Positions 36,842-50,170 of a stretch of 64,000 nt of DNA are shown in pieces; position 1 is the first letter of the stretch, and each line of letters starts with the position of its first letter. Origin of the DNA: Podarcis pityusensis (Eukaryota); NCBI GenBank assembly GCA_964106645.2, contig OZ067044.1; one strand, written 5' to 3'. A program made the position numbers and the translations under genes. The notes beneath the pieces were generated by a model. That model had not been told where the DNA came from. It worked only from the letters and a program-made list of their open reading frames with translations, and searched no databases.

Positions 36842-37115
36842 CAGTGGTACCTCAGGTTACATACGCTTCAGGTTACATACGCTTCAGGTTACATACGCTT
36901 CAGGTTACATACGCTTCAGGTTACACACTCTGCTAACCCAGAAATAGTGCTTCAGGTTAAGAACTTTGCTTCACGATAAGAACAGAAATCGGGCTCCGGC
37001 AGCGCAGCGGCAGCAGGAGGCCCCATTAGCAAAAGTGGTGCTTCAGGTTAAGAACAGTTTCAGGTTAAGAACGGACCTCCGGAACAAATTAAGTACTTAA
37101 CCTGAGGTACCACTG
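36842..37115. mobile_element. Tc1/mariner (Tigger-like) MITE with expanded 16-bp repeat
   Basis: TA|CAGTGGTACCTCAGGTTA ... TAACCTGAGGTACCACTG, with four copies of CAGGTTACATACGCTT. Confidence 0.92.
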
Positions 37116-37190
37116 TGTTTGTTAAGAGTGGATTTCTGTTTAATTTTTATATGCTGATATTTAATATTATTCTATACTATTCTAATAGAT

Positions 37191-37326
37191 CAGGCATAGG
37201 CAAACTCGGCCCTCCAGATGTTTTGAGACTACAATTCCCATCATCCCTGACCACTGGTCCTGTTAGCTAGGGGTGATGGGAGTTGTAGTCTCAAAACATC
37301 TGGAGGGCCGAGTTTGCCTATGTCTG
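37191..37326. mobile_element. Young palindromic hAT MITE (URR1-like)
   Basis: About 50-bp near-perfect inverted arms, CAGGCATAGGCAAACTCGGCCCTCCAGATGTTTTGAGACTACAA... Perfect 8-bp TSD TAATAGAT. Confidence 0.95.
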
Positions 37327-38439
37327 TAATAGATTGTTGAATATTACTTTATTTGATATAAGTTGCTTATTTTAAAGTTATGTTTTATGTTCACATTTTT
37401 GTATTGGATTAGATTGTTATAGGGTGTACATTCTTTGTTTCTTCAGCTTGTAACCACCTTGGGTATTGTAAAATAGAAAGACGGTATACAAATTAAAAGT
37501 GAAATGAAAAAATGAAGAGGCAAAGATGAGTCAGACTGGTGAAGAGTCACGGGTGTCTCCCCTTGCTGCTGCAACAAGCTCCCCTACTCCCTGGTTTCCC
37601 AGGATTAGGAGGCATGAAGTGGGAGAAGGAAAGCCAGGCACGCAGGTGCAAGTCTCTGATTGCTTGGGGAAAACCCTGGAGAGGAGGGGACTTATTCAAC
37701 TGCTTCATGGGGGCAAGACCTGCCGGAGATGAGTTGCTGTGCTTATTAGGCCTGACACTCCTGTGCAGATCCTGATCTTGATAATAAAGAGTTAACTCCA
37801 ACTTGCTCAGTGTGATTTATGCCTGGCTCATGCCCGACAATGGGCATGAGGCAGGGCAGCGGAACAGTCAGAGCTGTGCAGGCACACCAGTGGTAGCATC
37901 AGACAGACCATTGGATTAGCTCTGCAGGTGTGCTCATGCAGCCCTAACCTTACCACTGTCCCACTCCAGCTCTATCCAGATCAGTTGCAGTAATGCAAGT
38001 CAGCCTCTGCATCCATCTACCCCAGTATTTTCTATCCTGACTAGCAGCAGCTCTCCAGGGTTTCAGGCTGAGGTCTTGCCCCATCATATGCTTCTTGGTC
38101 CTTTTCGCTGGAGATTCCAATGGGAGTGACCTTGGGACAGAATCTGCCTGCAGAGCAGGTGTGCTGCCACTGAACTACCGGTGTTGGCAAGGGTAAGAGG
38201 AGAGCCCATCTATAGATGATCAACACACAGTCCTGTTTTGAAGCCAGCAGCTTGTTTTACAGAATTTGACCCTCCATAAATTTGTTTTGTTGTTTAGGGA
38301 TGGAAACAATTCCTCCTGATAGATTTTCACACTCGGGAACTTCCTGTAGTCAACAAAAACAGCCACGACTATAGCTATCTAGAATCTTTTCTACAAAAAG
38401 ATTTCCTCAAGAACAATCTCATTTCGCCTGTCCTTTTTA

Positions 38440-38673
38440 CAGTGGTACCTCGGGTTACAGATGCTTCAGGTTACATACGCTTCAGGTTACAGACTCCGCT
38501 AACCCAGAAATAGTACCTCGGGTTAAGAACTTTGCTTCAGGATGAGAACAGAAATCATGCAGCAGCGACAGTGGGAGGCCCCATTAGCTAACGTGGTGCT
38601 TCATGTTAAGAACAGTTTTAGGTTAAGAACGGACCTCCGGAATGAATTAAGTTCTCAACCCGAGGTACTACTG
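38440..38673. mobile_element. Tc1/mariner (Tigger-like) MITE
   Basis: TA|CAGTGGTACCTCGGG ... CCCGAGGTACTACTG|TA. Confidence 0.92.
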
Positions 38674-38914
38674 TACTCACTTCAGCTGCAGGCATATTTT
38701 ACTTGATCCCCCATTTCTGCCTTCAACTAGTTGTTCACTTAATGCTCTCTATACTCCTGTTGGTAAGCCCTTGGGGGCTGTTGCCTTTACCCCCAACTTA
38801 ACCACTGTTTTCACCTGGGTCTCTAAGGCCAGTTTCTTACAGATATAGGAAAGCTGCATCTTGACAATTCTATTCAGGCATAAAAAATATCACCCCTTAT
38901 ATAGCCTCCTGCAG

Positions 38915-39060
38915 AGACATCTTATCAGGAGGAATTGCACCTTTAGTGTATTGGCACCTCCCCTTTGGAATTCCCTCTCCTTGAATATTAGACAGACGCC
39001 ATCTCTATTATCATTTTGGTGCCTACTGAAGCCCTCCCTCATTCAATAAGCCTTTTAAGT
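38915..39060 (+). mobile_element. Old L2 ORF2 C-terminal fragment
   Basis: Encodes FSVLAPPLWNSLSLNIRQTPSLLSF..LLK.L, the typical L2 terminal motif. Confidence 0.7.
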
Positions 39061-41099
39061 TGAACTCTTTCCTAGAATGCATCTGAAGATGTTTCAAACT
39101 CTTGCCAAAACTCTCATTGATAGGTGTACAATTATGTGAACAACAAAGCCAGCTGCAATGTAGTTGATTACTGTTAAACTCTTTACCCTTGCTGAAATTC
39201 TAGTTGATTAATGTGAAACTACATGGACTACAAAGCCGGCTGCTTTGTAGTCAGATGTGCAAAAGTTCTTTAATGTTAAGTTCTCGCTCCAGCTGAAACT
39301 CCCCTTAATTGCCGTGAACCATGAGACCAGATCACCGGATCAAGCAGCCTTTTATCTGGCAAGTATTCTCTCTATTGGGGTCAATAGTCTTGATTGCCTC
39401 TTGCAAACCTCTTATACGGTTGCTGCCCCTCATCCAGATCCGAAACCTCTCTTTTGTTCCTTTGTATGTTTGTTCAGAGGGGTGGTAGTGGTGGAATTTC
39501 CAATCAACTCTCCACTGTTGGATGCTACAAGCTAAAATTTGCAGGGGGTAGTGTGATAAAATGCATTTGTGTGCAAAAAAAAAAATCACTAAAATTCAAA
39601 GAAATACATATTTTTCCAATCATTCTGCTGATGTTCATAAATGTTGACCAAATTCTGAATGCAGCTGAGAGGACTGGACTTTGCCCCTTACAATATATTT
39701 CTACAATATTAAGAATATGAAAGAGAGAGGGAGGGCAAGAGGGAAAGATTGTTAATGTTCAGCTGAAGGAGCTAGGCCAGAGTAAGCGTCTCAGCAGTGC
39801 TTGATGAGACTCTATTGGCGTCTTCTGTCACTTTTTACTACAGTACTGGGAGCTGCAGTACCATACTTTGGCCATCTGCAGTGATGCTGCTGCAACACAG
39901 CCAAGATGAGGCCAGAAAATCCGTCTGTTAGTAAGGGGTTATGGTGGCGTAAGGGGTAGGATGCCTGGGCCCCACGACCACAGTATGCGGTTTGATACCC
40001 TGCTATTAAAAGGAGATGTCCTGATTTAAGCTTAAATAATGGCATTGTGACACAGGATCTTGAGACTAAGTGGGTGAAAGAATTGCTGATGATCGTGGTG
40101 ACAGCAGCAGAAGGGAGCATGGTAAAATACTGAAGCTACTTATAGGGTTTTGAGCTGAGGAAGAAGGTTTTTTTTAATTAATTAATTTTTTTAAATGCAT
40201 TCTGTAGGTGCCACACATAAAAACAGATTTCTTCTAAATTTCAGCATGGTATTCTTTCCAAGGCACTGTAGACATGTTTGTGCCTAGAAATCAAAACACA
40301 GCTGGTAGATCTAATTTTAGGCCTACCAGATCTGGCAGTGTCCATTTAGCAACTCAAGTGTGTATGATTTCCAAGAGGTAAAATCCTACAAAAGTAACAT
40401 ACATACAATCAGGTAGTGTTGGCTGGAAGCCAGGGGAGAGTTGCATGGTTATTATTGATCACATTTATCCCATGCTTACTCCAGTGTGATGGCCACTCAC
40501 ACACTGCCAAAAAAAGAGGAAACACACCCACAAAAAAAGAGCACAAAAGGGTCCAGATTTGTATATGCTAATTCAGAGGTAGGTAGCTAGAGCCAGGAAT
40601 CCCAGGCAATGTTTCCAGCATCTGATTGCTGCTGAGAGCTCTGCTTAAGAAGGTTGAAGCCAGCTGGTTCTCATCAGGGCCTTCTCCTCTGAGTCCTTGA
40701 AGGCAGATCAGCTGCAGGGGAGTCATTCCGCCTTTGTCCCCTTCAGGCTGCTGTTCAACAGGTGAAGCTGATTCCTGACCCATGACACTCAGTCCTCCCC
40801 ACCCCCCAGTGGTCTTCATTCTCTAGCCACTGAGCATCCTAAATCATCATTGGGCCATTTGGGTTTGTTTGTTTGTTTTCCCTTTCTCCTTTTCATGCTT
40901 GGTGCCATTTTAGCTACAAAAAGGCTGGCAGTCTAAGACAGAGTCTACTGTTAGTACATATATATAATTTATTACACAGCTGAAAACCAGGATACTTCAT
41001 TTAATACAACAAATTCAACAAATACTAGTATGTAAAAAATAAAGTAAAATAAAATGGTAAGCCAAATTGAAGACTTGGTAATTGAAAAGAGAGATAAAC

Positions 41100-41169
41100 G
41101 CATTGCAGGGAGTTGAAGTAGATGACCCTCAGGGTCCCTTCCAATTTTTACAATTCTATGATTCTATGA
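41100..41169 (+). mobile_element. CR1-type 3' tail fragment (LINE or dependent SINE)
   Basis: CATTGCAGGGG..GGTCCCTTCCAA..ATTCTATGATTCTATGA. Confidence 0.75.
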
Positions 41170-41367
41170 CAAATGGGTCTATGTGGATCCAATCGGTAAG
41201 AGAAACTGACGTATTTTGTACATGTAATATAAAGAGGCTGCAACTACAGTATTTATTTTCATATTGTAAACTATGGATTGTGTCCAGTGCTGTGAGAGCA
41301 AAACTCACACAATGGGACTTCTCCTCACTCTGCCCTTCTTATGCCTTCCCCAGTGCACCCAAACACC

Positions 41368-41535
41368 CCATATTTTCCCCTCTATAAGACGCCCCCATGT
41401 ATAAGACGCACCCTCTTTTTGGGGACTCCAAATTGAGAAAATGGGGGGAAATTGTCCCCCATGTATAAGACGACCCCAATTTGTAAGCTTAATTTTTCAA
41501 GAAAATAACCTAGTCTTATACACAGAAAAATACGG
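41368..41535. mobile_element. Tc1/mariner (Tc2-like) MITE
   Basis: CCATATTTTC..TATAAGAC ... GTCTTATACACAGAAAAATACGG|TA, with three internal TATAAGACG repeats. Confidence 0.8.
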
Positions 41536-44228
41536 TATTTTCCAGAGGGTTCCTCAACTCTCTGGAGCAGAGCAGATATTCATTGTGTGCAGGGGGCTGA
41601 AGGGGTGGGGGGAGGAAGAAGAAAGCTCCATTGCGCAAGTGGAAGTCTGTTTCCCGAGTGGGACAGCATTGGCTGCAATGCCTCACCTGTATGCTATGCT
41701 GTGGACAACATGAGTGGGTCTTGTGTGTAACTTTGCAGGCTATGTCTGACTTGCCTTAAACGTGCGTAACAGATGCTTCTCTTGCCAGTGCTTAGCCTTC
41801 CAGTTGACGACTTGCACGACCCTGGAGATAATCACTAATATATCACTCCCCTTTTGTTTTCTTGATCGCTGGAGTCATCTGATTGAATCACACATGTGAG
41901 AAACAGTCTGGGTAATTTATGGAAATAAAAATATCTACAGCGCTGAAATAAAAGACGTCGATGTGTGGCAACAGTAATGAAAGAAATTCATTTTCTGTCA
42001 GCACGTTGGCATTCTTCAGTTGTTTTTTAACCAAGACATCCTGAGTGCGTAAAAACATTAATTCTGCACACTAAAAGCAAATAAACCAAGAACACATGTA
42101 CCCAGGCTCACCCAGATATTCCTGGAAGATTTCAAGGTCAAGTCATGTCTCTAGTCTATGAAACATAATGTTTTGTAATTCAGTTCTGTCCCATACAGTT
42201 ATTTCATATAACACAGTGAGTCAGCGGGCAAAACAATACCTAATAATTTGCTGGGGTTTGTTGCATTTCAGCTTTTTTCAGCATACATAAATAAAAAATG
42301 CCTAGAAATGATTTAATACTCCTTTTCAGCAGCTGTGGCTGTAAAACTTAAAAATCTGCCAGCCAACAGCTAGTAATGAAAAAATATTTCTTATTCTTTC
42401 TATTTCCCCCAAGGAGCCATCTCCCAAGCCTGACACAGCTTGTTGAAATCTATAAACAGTGGTGGTTCAGAAAGATGACTGGGGCAGGGTTGAGATGTAA
42501 GTTGTTTAGGCCTATTAATAGGGCAATTAAGCGTGGGGGTTTTTTTTAAGCTGTTCTTTGTCTCACACATGCAGGAATTAATGAAGAATGCAAATATACA
42601 AAGGCACCAATATTTTCACAGTTAAGAGCAGCTGTTTGTCAAAGGCTGGGCACTGTAGGTTTAGAATAGTATAAAGCCAAGCTGATGAAGTTTACCTGGG
42701 AGGAAAGTGGAAGCTAGCCATATTAGCAAACGAATTTTCGCACAGTTGCAGAAGAAAATGTGAACTGCTTTAGAAACATGGCCTTAAATTTGGCCGTGGG
42801 TTTTGAGCACATAATGATACATTTGCTTTTAATTGGGAACATGTCCTTCTGAATGTTAACTTGTCGGTTCACAATGATGCAATGTCACCAAGACGGGGCT
42901 TGCAGTAATGGAGCATGCTGGGAACTGCTGCTATACAACTGTGTGCCTGGCTACATACAGTGCAGCTTCCATTGTTGGTACTGTCCAATTATCCAACTTC
43001 ATTTGCCAGTATACCTGATCTGGCAGCTATCTAAATAGTTTGTAATGAATTGGAGGGTACCAAAGGGAAGGGCTGTCTCCTTAACATATGTGGGCCAGAG
43101 CCCCTATATTCATCCACCAGGAGGCCAGTCTTGTATGTATAATAACTGTACCAGGGAGCAAAGATGTGCATGGGAGGGGGTTTGCTCTCTGATGTCTGTA
43201 CCTACCTGTTTATTTGGTGCAGCACCACAGTAGGCTGTAGGATTAGGGAAGGGCGATGGCTGTGGTTTATAGGAATTTTGGTCCATCTCCAGGCTTCCCA
43301 TCCAGACTCCAGCTATGTATGAAACTGGAATGCTTGTACCTTGCATTATGCAAACAGGATTGTGGATCAGTGGCACCGATACTTTGCTTTGGGCTCTTGT
43401 GCATAATACATTTGCGGGCAGGATTTCTCAATATAGTTTGATTGTATGCAGTCCAGGGCTGCAAGGGCGCACTGGATGGAGCAGCAGATTGACTTTGCTG
43501 GCGCACCCCTTCAGCTCCAACCTTGCCAATGCTCTGCACCATCCCAGTATATGACAATGACACCAGCATCAATAGGGTTGTTTGGTGGCCCTGCCTGCAC
43601 TGTGCAGGCCACTCCTGCTTTTCAAGTTAGCAAAGGAAAGGAATACATACCTCTAAGCATTATACCAATCAGTATGTGTTGGCTGTATACCTTCCCTCCC
43701 TTCACAGTGACCAGTGGTATGTGGTCAGAGGACTTAGGTAAGTTCCCTGGGTAGAAAGATGAAGGCATTCTTGGCTATGAAGTCTTTGCATGCAGGTAAG
43801 CAGCCATCATGCACAAGGGAGGAGGTTATGAAGTTGCTGCACAATTAAGGCTATACATTAAATAGACTACAGGAGACCTAAACAACAACAACAACAACAG
43901 TAGCAGGACTCTCCCTTGGAGAATGGAGATAGATGTGTGTGTAGAAACCTCTGACTTTAGCATGGCAGGAATGCATCCTACTCTACAAAGATAAAGGTTA
44001 TTTTTGGTCATTGGTCCAAATTATTTGGCCTCTGGCCCTGTTCACCACCGGCATGTTGCCCTCCAGAAAGTTGCCCTATGGGGCAATTTGGTCCTTGATC
44101 TGCAAAAGGTTTTCCATCCTTGCTTTGACTCGTTTCTTGTCTACCTTCCTCTGACTATACCTTCTTAATGTGTCTTCTCTTTGCCATCTCTAGAACAAGT
44201 AGTATTTGTAGTGAGATATATAGATAAG

Positions 44229-44284
44229 CGCAACCCCAGAGTCAGTCATGACTAGACCTAATGGTCAGGGGTCCCTTTACCTTT
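44229..44284 (+). mobile_element. 56-bp 3' end of Sauria SINE
   Basis: CGCAACCCCAGAGTC..GGGGTCCCTTTACCTTT with 12-bp TSD TATATAGATAAG. Confidence 0.92.
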
Positions 44285-44874
44285 TATATAGATAAGACTG
44301 ACTTTGACCACAGTTCCAGCAATGCAAGCATCAAAGAAAGATACATTTCTGTTATTAGAAAACAAACACACTTTTTATCAGGCAATCGCATTGCTTTGCT
44401 GTTGTAGCAGTCACTGGTTTCCATTTGCAGAGGATCACACTGCTAAAATTACATCATTCATTGCTGTACCAGGATAATCTAAAAGGGGTGGGGAGAACAA
44501 ATGCAGAAACCCCCTTAGAAATATTGGGTTTGTCCCTTTTATCAGCTTCACTCTGAGGAGCCAGCCTTTCTCATTTGCAGAACAATCAGCAACTGCAACA
44601 TGAAGAATCCATGTGGCTATGTGTTATATAGTAGGGGGAAGAGAATTCCTGTCTATAAATCCCCCCCCCATGCCAATCCTCCGTTCTGTTCTGATGTTAA
44701 CAAGGCAGGAATCTGAACAGATGCATACAAGTTGTCTGTCTGTCCATCTGCCTGTCTGTCTGCCTGTCTTGAGTTGGCAATCTTGATAAGAGGTTCATTA
44801 TAACCCAACACTGTCAGAAATCATTCTGGGATGCTCAGCAAAGAGGGAAACATCATTGATGGTTTCAGGAGCGG

Positions 44875-44898
44875 GTGTGTGTGTGTGTGTGTGTGTGT
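44875..44898. repeat. (TG)n microsatellite
   Basis: Directly visible. Confidence 0.95.
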
Positions 44899-45492
44899 TA
44901 ATTAAATGGGAAAAGTGTCAAGAAACTTTCTTCAAAGGTGCTAGGCAACTGTTTCTTCTGAGGCATGTTCATTCCCCTTTTTCTTTTCTCTCTTTAAGGC
45001 CTTGAATCTTTTGATAACAGCCCTCTAAGTGCTTTCCAGGTTAGGAGGATGAGAGAGAATAGATGGCAATCATGATGCCGCTGGATGATAAAGGCAGAAC
45101 GCAGACTAAACCCTCAGATCAATAGGAATGCAGACAGCTGTAACCATAGACTGCCTGGTGTCTGCTCCAATTTGACTCCCTCTTTTGGGCTGCGTGCAAT
45201 AACATCAGGCTTTTGAGCCACAGGAAGTTTCTGCATGTCCTACAGCTAAGTGCCAGAGAGGGTCTGTGGAGGAAGTCTGCTACTTAAACCAATGTTGTCA
45301 TTGGTGTTCTTCCCCCCCTCCAAATGAGGAAACTGGAGGAAGGGGGGCAGAGACACCCAGTCACATCAATGCAGTATTTTAGTTCTCTAGATTTTTTCAA
45401 AGAGCACTTTGACGCTGAAGAAAGCAGCATTTCGAAACAATGATTGACACTCAATCCGGCCAGAATGCAAGAGAATGGAAGTACAGGCATCA

Positions 45493-45499
<7 letters not shown>

Positions 45500-45534
<35 letters not shown>
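45500..45534. repeat. (TA)n microsatellite
   Basis: Directly visible. Confidence 0.97.
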
Positions 45535-45537
<3 letters not shown>

Positions 45538-48500
45538 CTTAAACAAAAACAAAAACAACTAAAGCTCTTTCCCCTGCTGAGATAAACTACTGCTCAGTTT
45601 TAAAAGACAAACTATTATTTCAGCAATGGCAATTCCTGCAGTTAAAATACCAGGCAAACCTACAGATGCACCTCTTTCCCACATGTGCATTTGATTTGAT
45701 TTGTTTATCATTTAATCATATTCAGCTTTTCAGCGGCTGCATGGATGGAGGTAAGATACATGCTCTAAGCTACCCAGGAAGCTTCATAGCCACTGCTCTG
45801 GTCAAATTTGGAGCCCTTTGCATTGCATTAAAATGAGAACAAAAATCAACGAGTGATCCAGTCATGGACCCTCATGTAATATGCAGTCTGAATAATGGCC
45901 AAGGAATGATTGTTAATGAGATGAGCCAAGGAGCAATGGGTGTAGACTACACAAAGATCTACTGTATTTAGAAAAAACCTTCCCATCTGCAGGAAAAACA
46001 AAAACAATGTAGCAATATGTTTCTGGAGGTTCTACGATCTTGTACTTTTCAATGAAGGATAATAGCATCTGACAGAAGAGCTTAGGGATGAGATAGAGGA
46101 GCCCAACTCTGGTTCAGAAGATGCCTATAGCCTCAGGCAACCAGAGCCATTTTCATCTTGTACTATGTGTGAAAACATCTGACAGTTGTTAATGTGGAAG
46201 AAAGTTGTTTGCCAAGCAAATGAGCATTCTGATTAGTAATGTGTGCCTTACATTCCTACTGCAAGCTAACTCTAGCAAGAACTGTTTTATGAGTGAAAAT
46301 GTCCCTCCGAAATTGCCTGCTGGGCATTTTTTAAAATGTGAGCTTGTGACTTGGGGCTTGTCTACACCAGAGTTTATTGTGGGTTGGCAGCTGTTTGCAT
46401 TTCCATTTAATGAACACTAATCTCAATGCTTTCTTCCTGTAAATTTGGGTTTACCCAATACAGGGATAATCTGATAAATTTGGGGAAAACAGGCTTCAAA
46501 ACCACTCCACTCAAGATCACAAATGGGTGGATCAGTAGTAACTGCCTGCTATTCCCCTTTCCATACCCACTACTTCCTCAATGCTTTCATTTATTTTCTG
46601 GCTGTTCTCATAACTATTTCCAGTGCAGTCGTGAATGGAAGATTCTTTTTCCTTTTAGATTCCTCAGATTTGCACAAAACCAGAAAACTGCACAAGCAAA
46701 TTTACGATTGTCTGTGTGCTTTCATACACTTCTTAAGTAGGGACTTAATTAAAAAAAAACACACAAAAAACCCAAGGTGTGTGCAGAGCTCTCTATTGGC
46801 AAGCCATATTATTGTGCCAATTAACAAATTAGAACACAGCTGCCTCAATACAGCTGCACACTTCCTTTGCTGGGCTCCAATGAAAATGGCTTCTCCATGC
46901 AAACCAGGAAGTGGACAATGGAACTACTCTTCTTTTCTTATCTCTGTGGCTATGATCTTATGGGTGACATGGACACTGTTAGGCAGTTAAATGTGCACAC
47001 TCCCTCCCACCTACCCCTCTACATGGCCCTGGGCACTGGCAACCCACACTACGCCACTGACTACTCTGGCCTAATTCAGATGTGGGGGAAGTGGATTAAC
47101 CGCTAACAAGCACATGGACTTGCCCTTGACAACCCTCCATCCTCTCCCACTCACATGCTTGGACAAATGAGTCTGAATAGAGAGAAACTGATTAACACCT
47201 CAAGTGATGGTCCCCTAGAATAGGGCATTTCCATGGGATCAGTGTCCAGAACTGAGAAGCAAAAGTAAGTTAGCTGGAGGTGTGTGAAACAAGGTACAAA
47301 TGGCATTTGTTGAAAGAATTGAGAAAGGGGTACTCAGAAATGAGTACTGAATACTCTGCTTATGCAAGTCTGAAGACATGCATTTTTTAAGAAGGCTTAA
47401 TACAGGGGTGGGTAGCTAGAGGCTGCTAGGCTGGACCTGGACCTGGTCTGCTAAGCCTCAGGAAATGACCAACAGAATGGGTTTTGCTCCTGATCTGATC
47501 TTTAGAGAAGGATTTCTAAAGAGAAGACAGAGCGTTTTATCTCCCAGTTGGGGAGATGAATATTATTTTTATTCTTATTATTTAAATCATTTCTATACCA
47601 CTTGATATTGCCAATGGAATCTCTCAGTGGTTTACAACCTGTTTGTAGGACATTACAAAATCTCAAAATGAAATGTCACAAACGGGAATTGGGTAGAAAT
47701 GCAATAATGCTTCACATTTAAAGCAACATAATTAGCAGGAAAACAAAATATTCTCTTAAATAACCTCATTAGAAATAAAAACTATGTATAAACATGACTA
47801 AACAAAACAGATGAAATGGAAGTTGTTCCCACCGTTCAACCCCTCTCCACTCCACAAAGTCCCCAGTAGTATTAAACATAATTTACAACCAACACATTTG
47901 GAAATCTGGTCCATTCTGTGTGTCGCAGTTTGACAACACCTGGAATCCTCTGGTATGAAACCAGTTCACATCCTTGCAGAGCCATATGAGAGCATGAACT
48001 ACTGCCTCTGGCTGCCTCCGCTCTGTTGCATTAAAAATGCTAATACTGTATTTTCCCCCTCCCCATGTCCATAACACAGGGATAATTAATATTGTGCATG
48101 TCTCTCTCCATGCAGCTGCTCTGTGTGCTCATTTTTTATTTTTATTTTTGCAAAACTCTCCAGCTGCTTTCAAGCTGTTCCTTTGAATCGGCCACAATAC
48201 TGGCATTCCCTTCCCCCATGACAGATTTGTTTCTTAGGCTGCATACACTCTCTTTCTTTGGGGAGAGGAGAGGAGAGTGGGCTAGAGGGACTTCCTTTTT
48301 CCTGCTCAGCAGCACTATATTTTTATTATTTTGTTATTTATTAAATTTGTATACTGCCCTATACCCTGCAGGTCTCAGGGCAGTTCACAGGATAAAGCCC
48401 TGATTCTACCAAGAAGAAGAAGATAATTTGGTGCCCAATCTTCTTACAGCTTCCTTTCCTCCTGTTTTAAAAAATATTAAATAAAAACTAGGCCTAAATA

Positions 48501-48778
48501 CTGTGGTGCTAAGCAGCACTCACTGACGCCGCTTCCCTCTCCATGAGGGCACAAAGGAGCTTCCTGGGAATAAAATGGGATTTCTTCCATCTTGAGATGC
48601 AGTTGTTTATCTTGTGATGGATGACCTGAGCAAACCTCACTTACGGTTCCCCCGTCTCCTGATGAAGGAAATATTATCTTTGGCTGTCTACCCGGAAGTG
48701 AGTCCCATTGAGTTCAGTAGGACTTATTTCCAGGTAGGGGCTATAGGATTGCAACCTTAGATTTCCATCTATTCCTCA

Positions 48779-49383
48779 TGTCAAGAAGCTGTCAATGAGC
48801 CACGTCAACCACAGGGAAGACACACACACAGACACACACAGCAGGCAGGGAATGCAATTAGCTCTTTATTAACAGAAAATAACAACACAGCAGAGTCCTC
48901 TGGTTCACCTTAATCCAGCTGAGACGTGGTTGAAACTGTCCACTGGCCCCATCCTTCCCCCTCTAGTCTTTCACTCTGGATCCCTCCCAAGCCAACAAAA
49001 GGGGTATCGAGAGGGGTGAGCTCCTCCTCTGGGCCTGTCTGACCTGTTGCTCAGCAATGTGTGGGACTCTTCTCGATCAAGGTTGGTAGAGGGGGAGGCA
49101 AGCCAGTATACTGGGACTCTCCTGCTGCTGTGTAGCAGGGGCAACCTCTGACTCCTCTCTGAGTCTGCGATCGCACTGTGACTCTCAGCCTCTAACCCTG
49201 TCCTAGAAGGGCCTTCTTCTCCTGACATCACTCAAACCCCACGCTTCTAGCACCTCCCAGCTCATCCCTTCTGCCAACTGCTCTTCAGCGTCCCATCACC
49301 AGGATCTGGGATTGTCTTCTTCTGTGACCTCCCTGGGGGGTTCTTGGGCCGGCAGCTACCACCACTCTTCCTAATCCTTGACA
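48779..49383 (-). mobile_element. Solo LTR, 605 bp
   Basis: TGTCAAG ... CTTGACA termini. TSD CCTCA/CCTCG (CpG decay). Minus-strand AATAAA near 48865. Confidence 0.85.
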
Positions 49384-49949
49384 CCTCGGTAGCTTAGAAG
49401 GAACCCTGAGGCCCCCAAACCAATGGGCGAATGAAAGCGACCCAACACCTTTCCCATTGGGCTTCTCTCTGTTGTAGAGTGGACACTATTCCTAGGGATG
49501 CTCAAGGGCTAGCTTAATGGCCAGCTTCATCACCCATGGTTTGGCTTATTTGAATCTGATCAGTATTTGTTTAAATTTAGAATTTCTGGTTTGTACATAA
49601 AGAGATTCAGAGAAGCGGAAAGTATGGTAATAGTGGCAGCTCTCTTCCTTCTAGCCATGCAAAAGGGGGAGAGGGAAAGACACATGAGTCCAGCACTTCA
49701 TTGAGGCTTGTTGGGGGTCATCTACGTAGCACTTAACCCTGGTTTAGCATTGCATGCAAGTACAACCGTAGTCCTCCTGATGTTATGATGCATAGACTTT
49801 TCAGGCTTTATAAATCCAGAATGCTGAAAAGGCCAACTTTAACTAAAGAGCCAGTCCTATGGCTAGAGACTATTCAGAATCTGTTCAGAATATTTTATTT
49901 CAAAACGTTTTATATCTGATGGTTATTCATATTGCAGTGGATTCTTTAT

Positions 49950-50170
49950 TTGTCATTGCACTGTTGTTCTGTACTTCCTCCAAGGAGCTCAAGATGACAT
50001 ACATGGTTGTCCTCTTCTTTTATCCTGACAACAACCCTGTATAGCTGCTTAAGATGGCAGGCTGATGGCTGACCCAAAACTACCCAAGTAAGTTTCATGT
50101 CTGAACAAGAATTTGAACCCCAAGAATTTGAGCATGAATGGCTGAAGTCCCACTCTTTGTCCACTACTCT
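49950..50170 (-). mobile_element. MIR/CORE-type SINE fragment
   Basis: 'ttatcctgacaacaaccctgt..ctgacccaaaactacccaag..gaatttgaaccca..ccactact' pattern. Confidence 0.6.

Larger units (their letters stand above)
36703..37514 (+). mobile_element. LINE (L2-like) 3' UTR fragment inside the LTR
   Basis: AT-rich 3' UTR ending TGTAACCACCTTGGG..AGAAAGACGGTATACAAATT..GAAATGAAA. Flanked by AAGAGG repeats at 36697-36702 and 37515-37520. Confidence 0.65.
36448..37839 (+). mobile_element. Solo LTR (~0.58 kb net) carrying nested insertions
   Basis: TGTC ... GACA termini. 5-bp TSD ATGGG at 36443-36447 and 37840-37844. AATAAA near 37783. Confidence 0.85.

Noticed and set aside
36852-36925. CRISPR-like repeat array
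   Set aside because: Head-to-tail 16-bp units with no spacers, inside a eukaryotic MITE.
37191-37326. pre-miRNA-like long hairpin
   Set aside because: Fully explained by hAT MITE TIRs with an 8-bp TSD.
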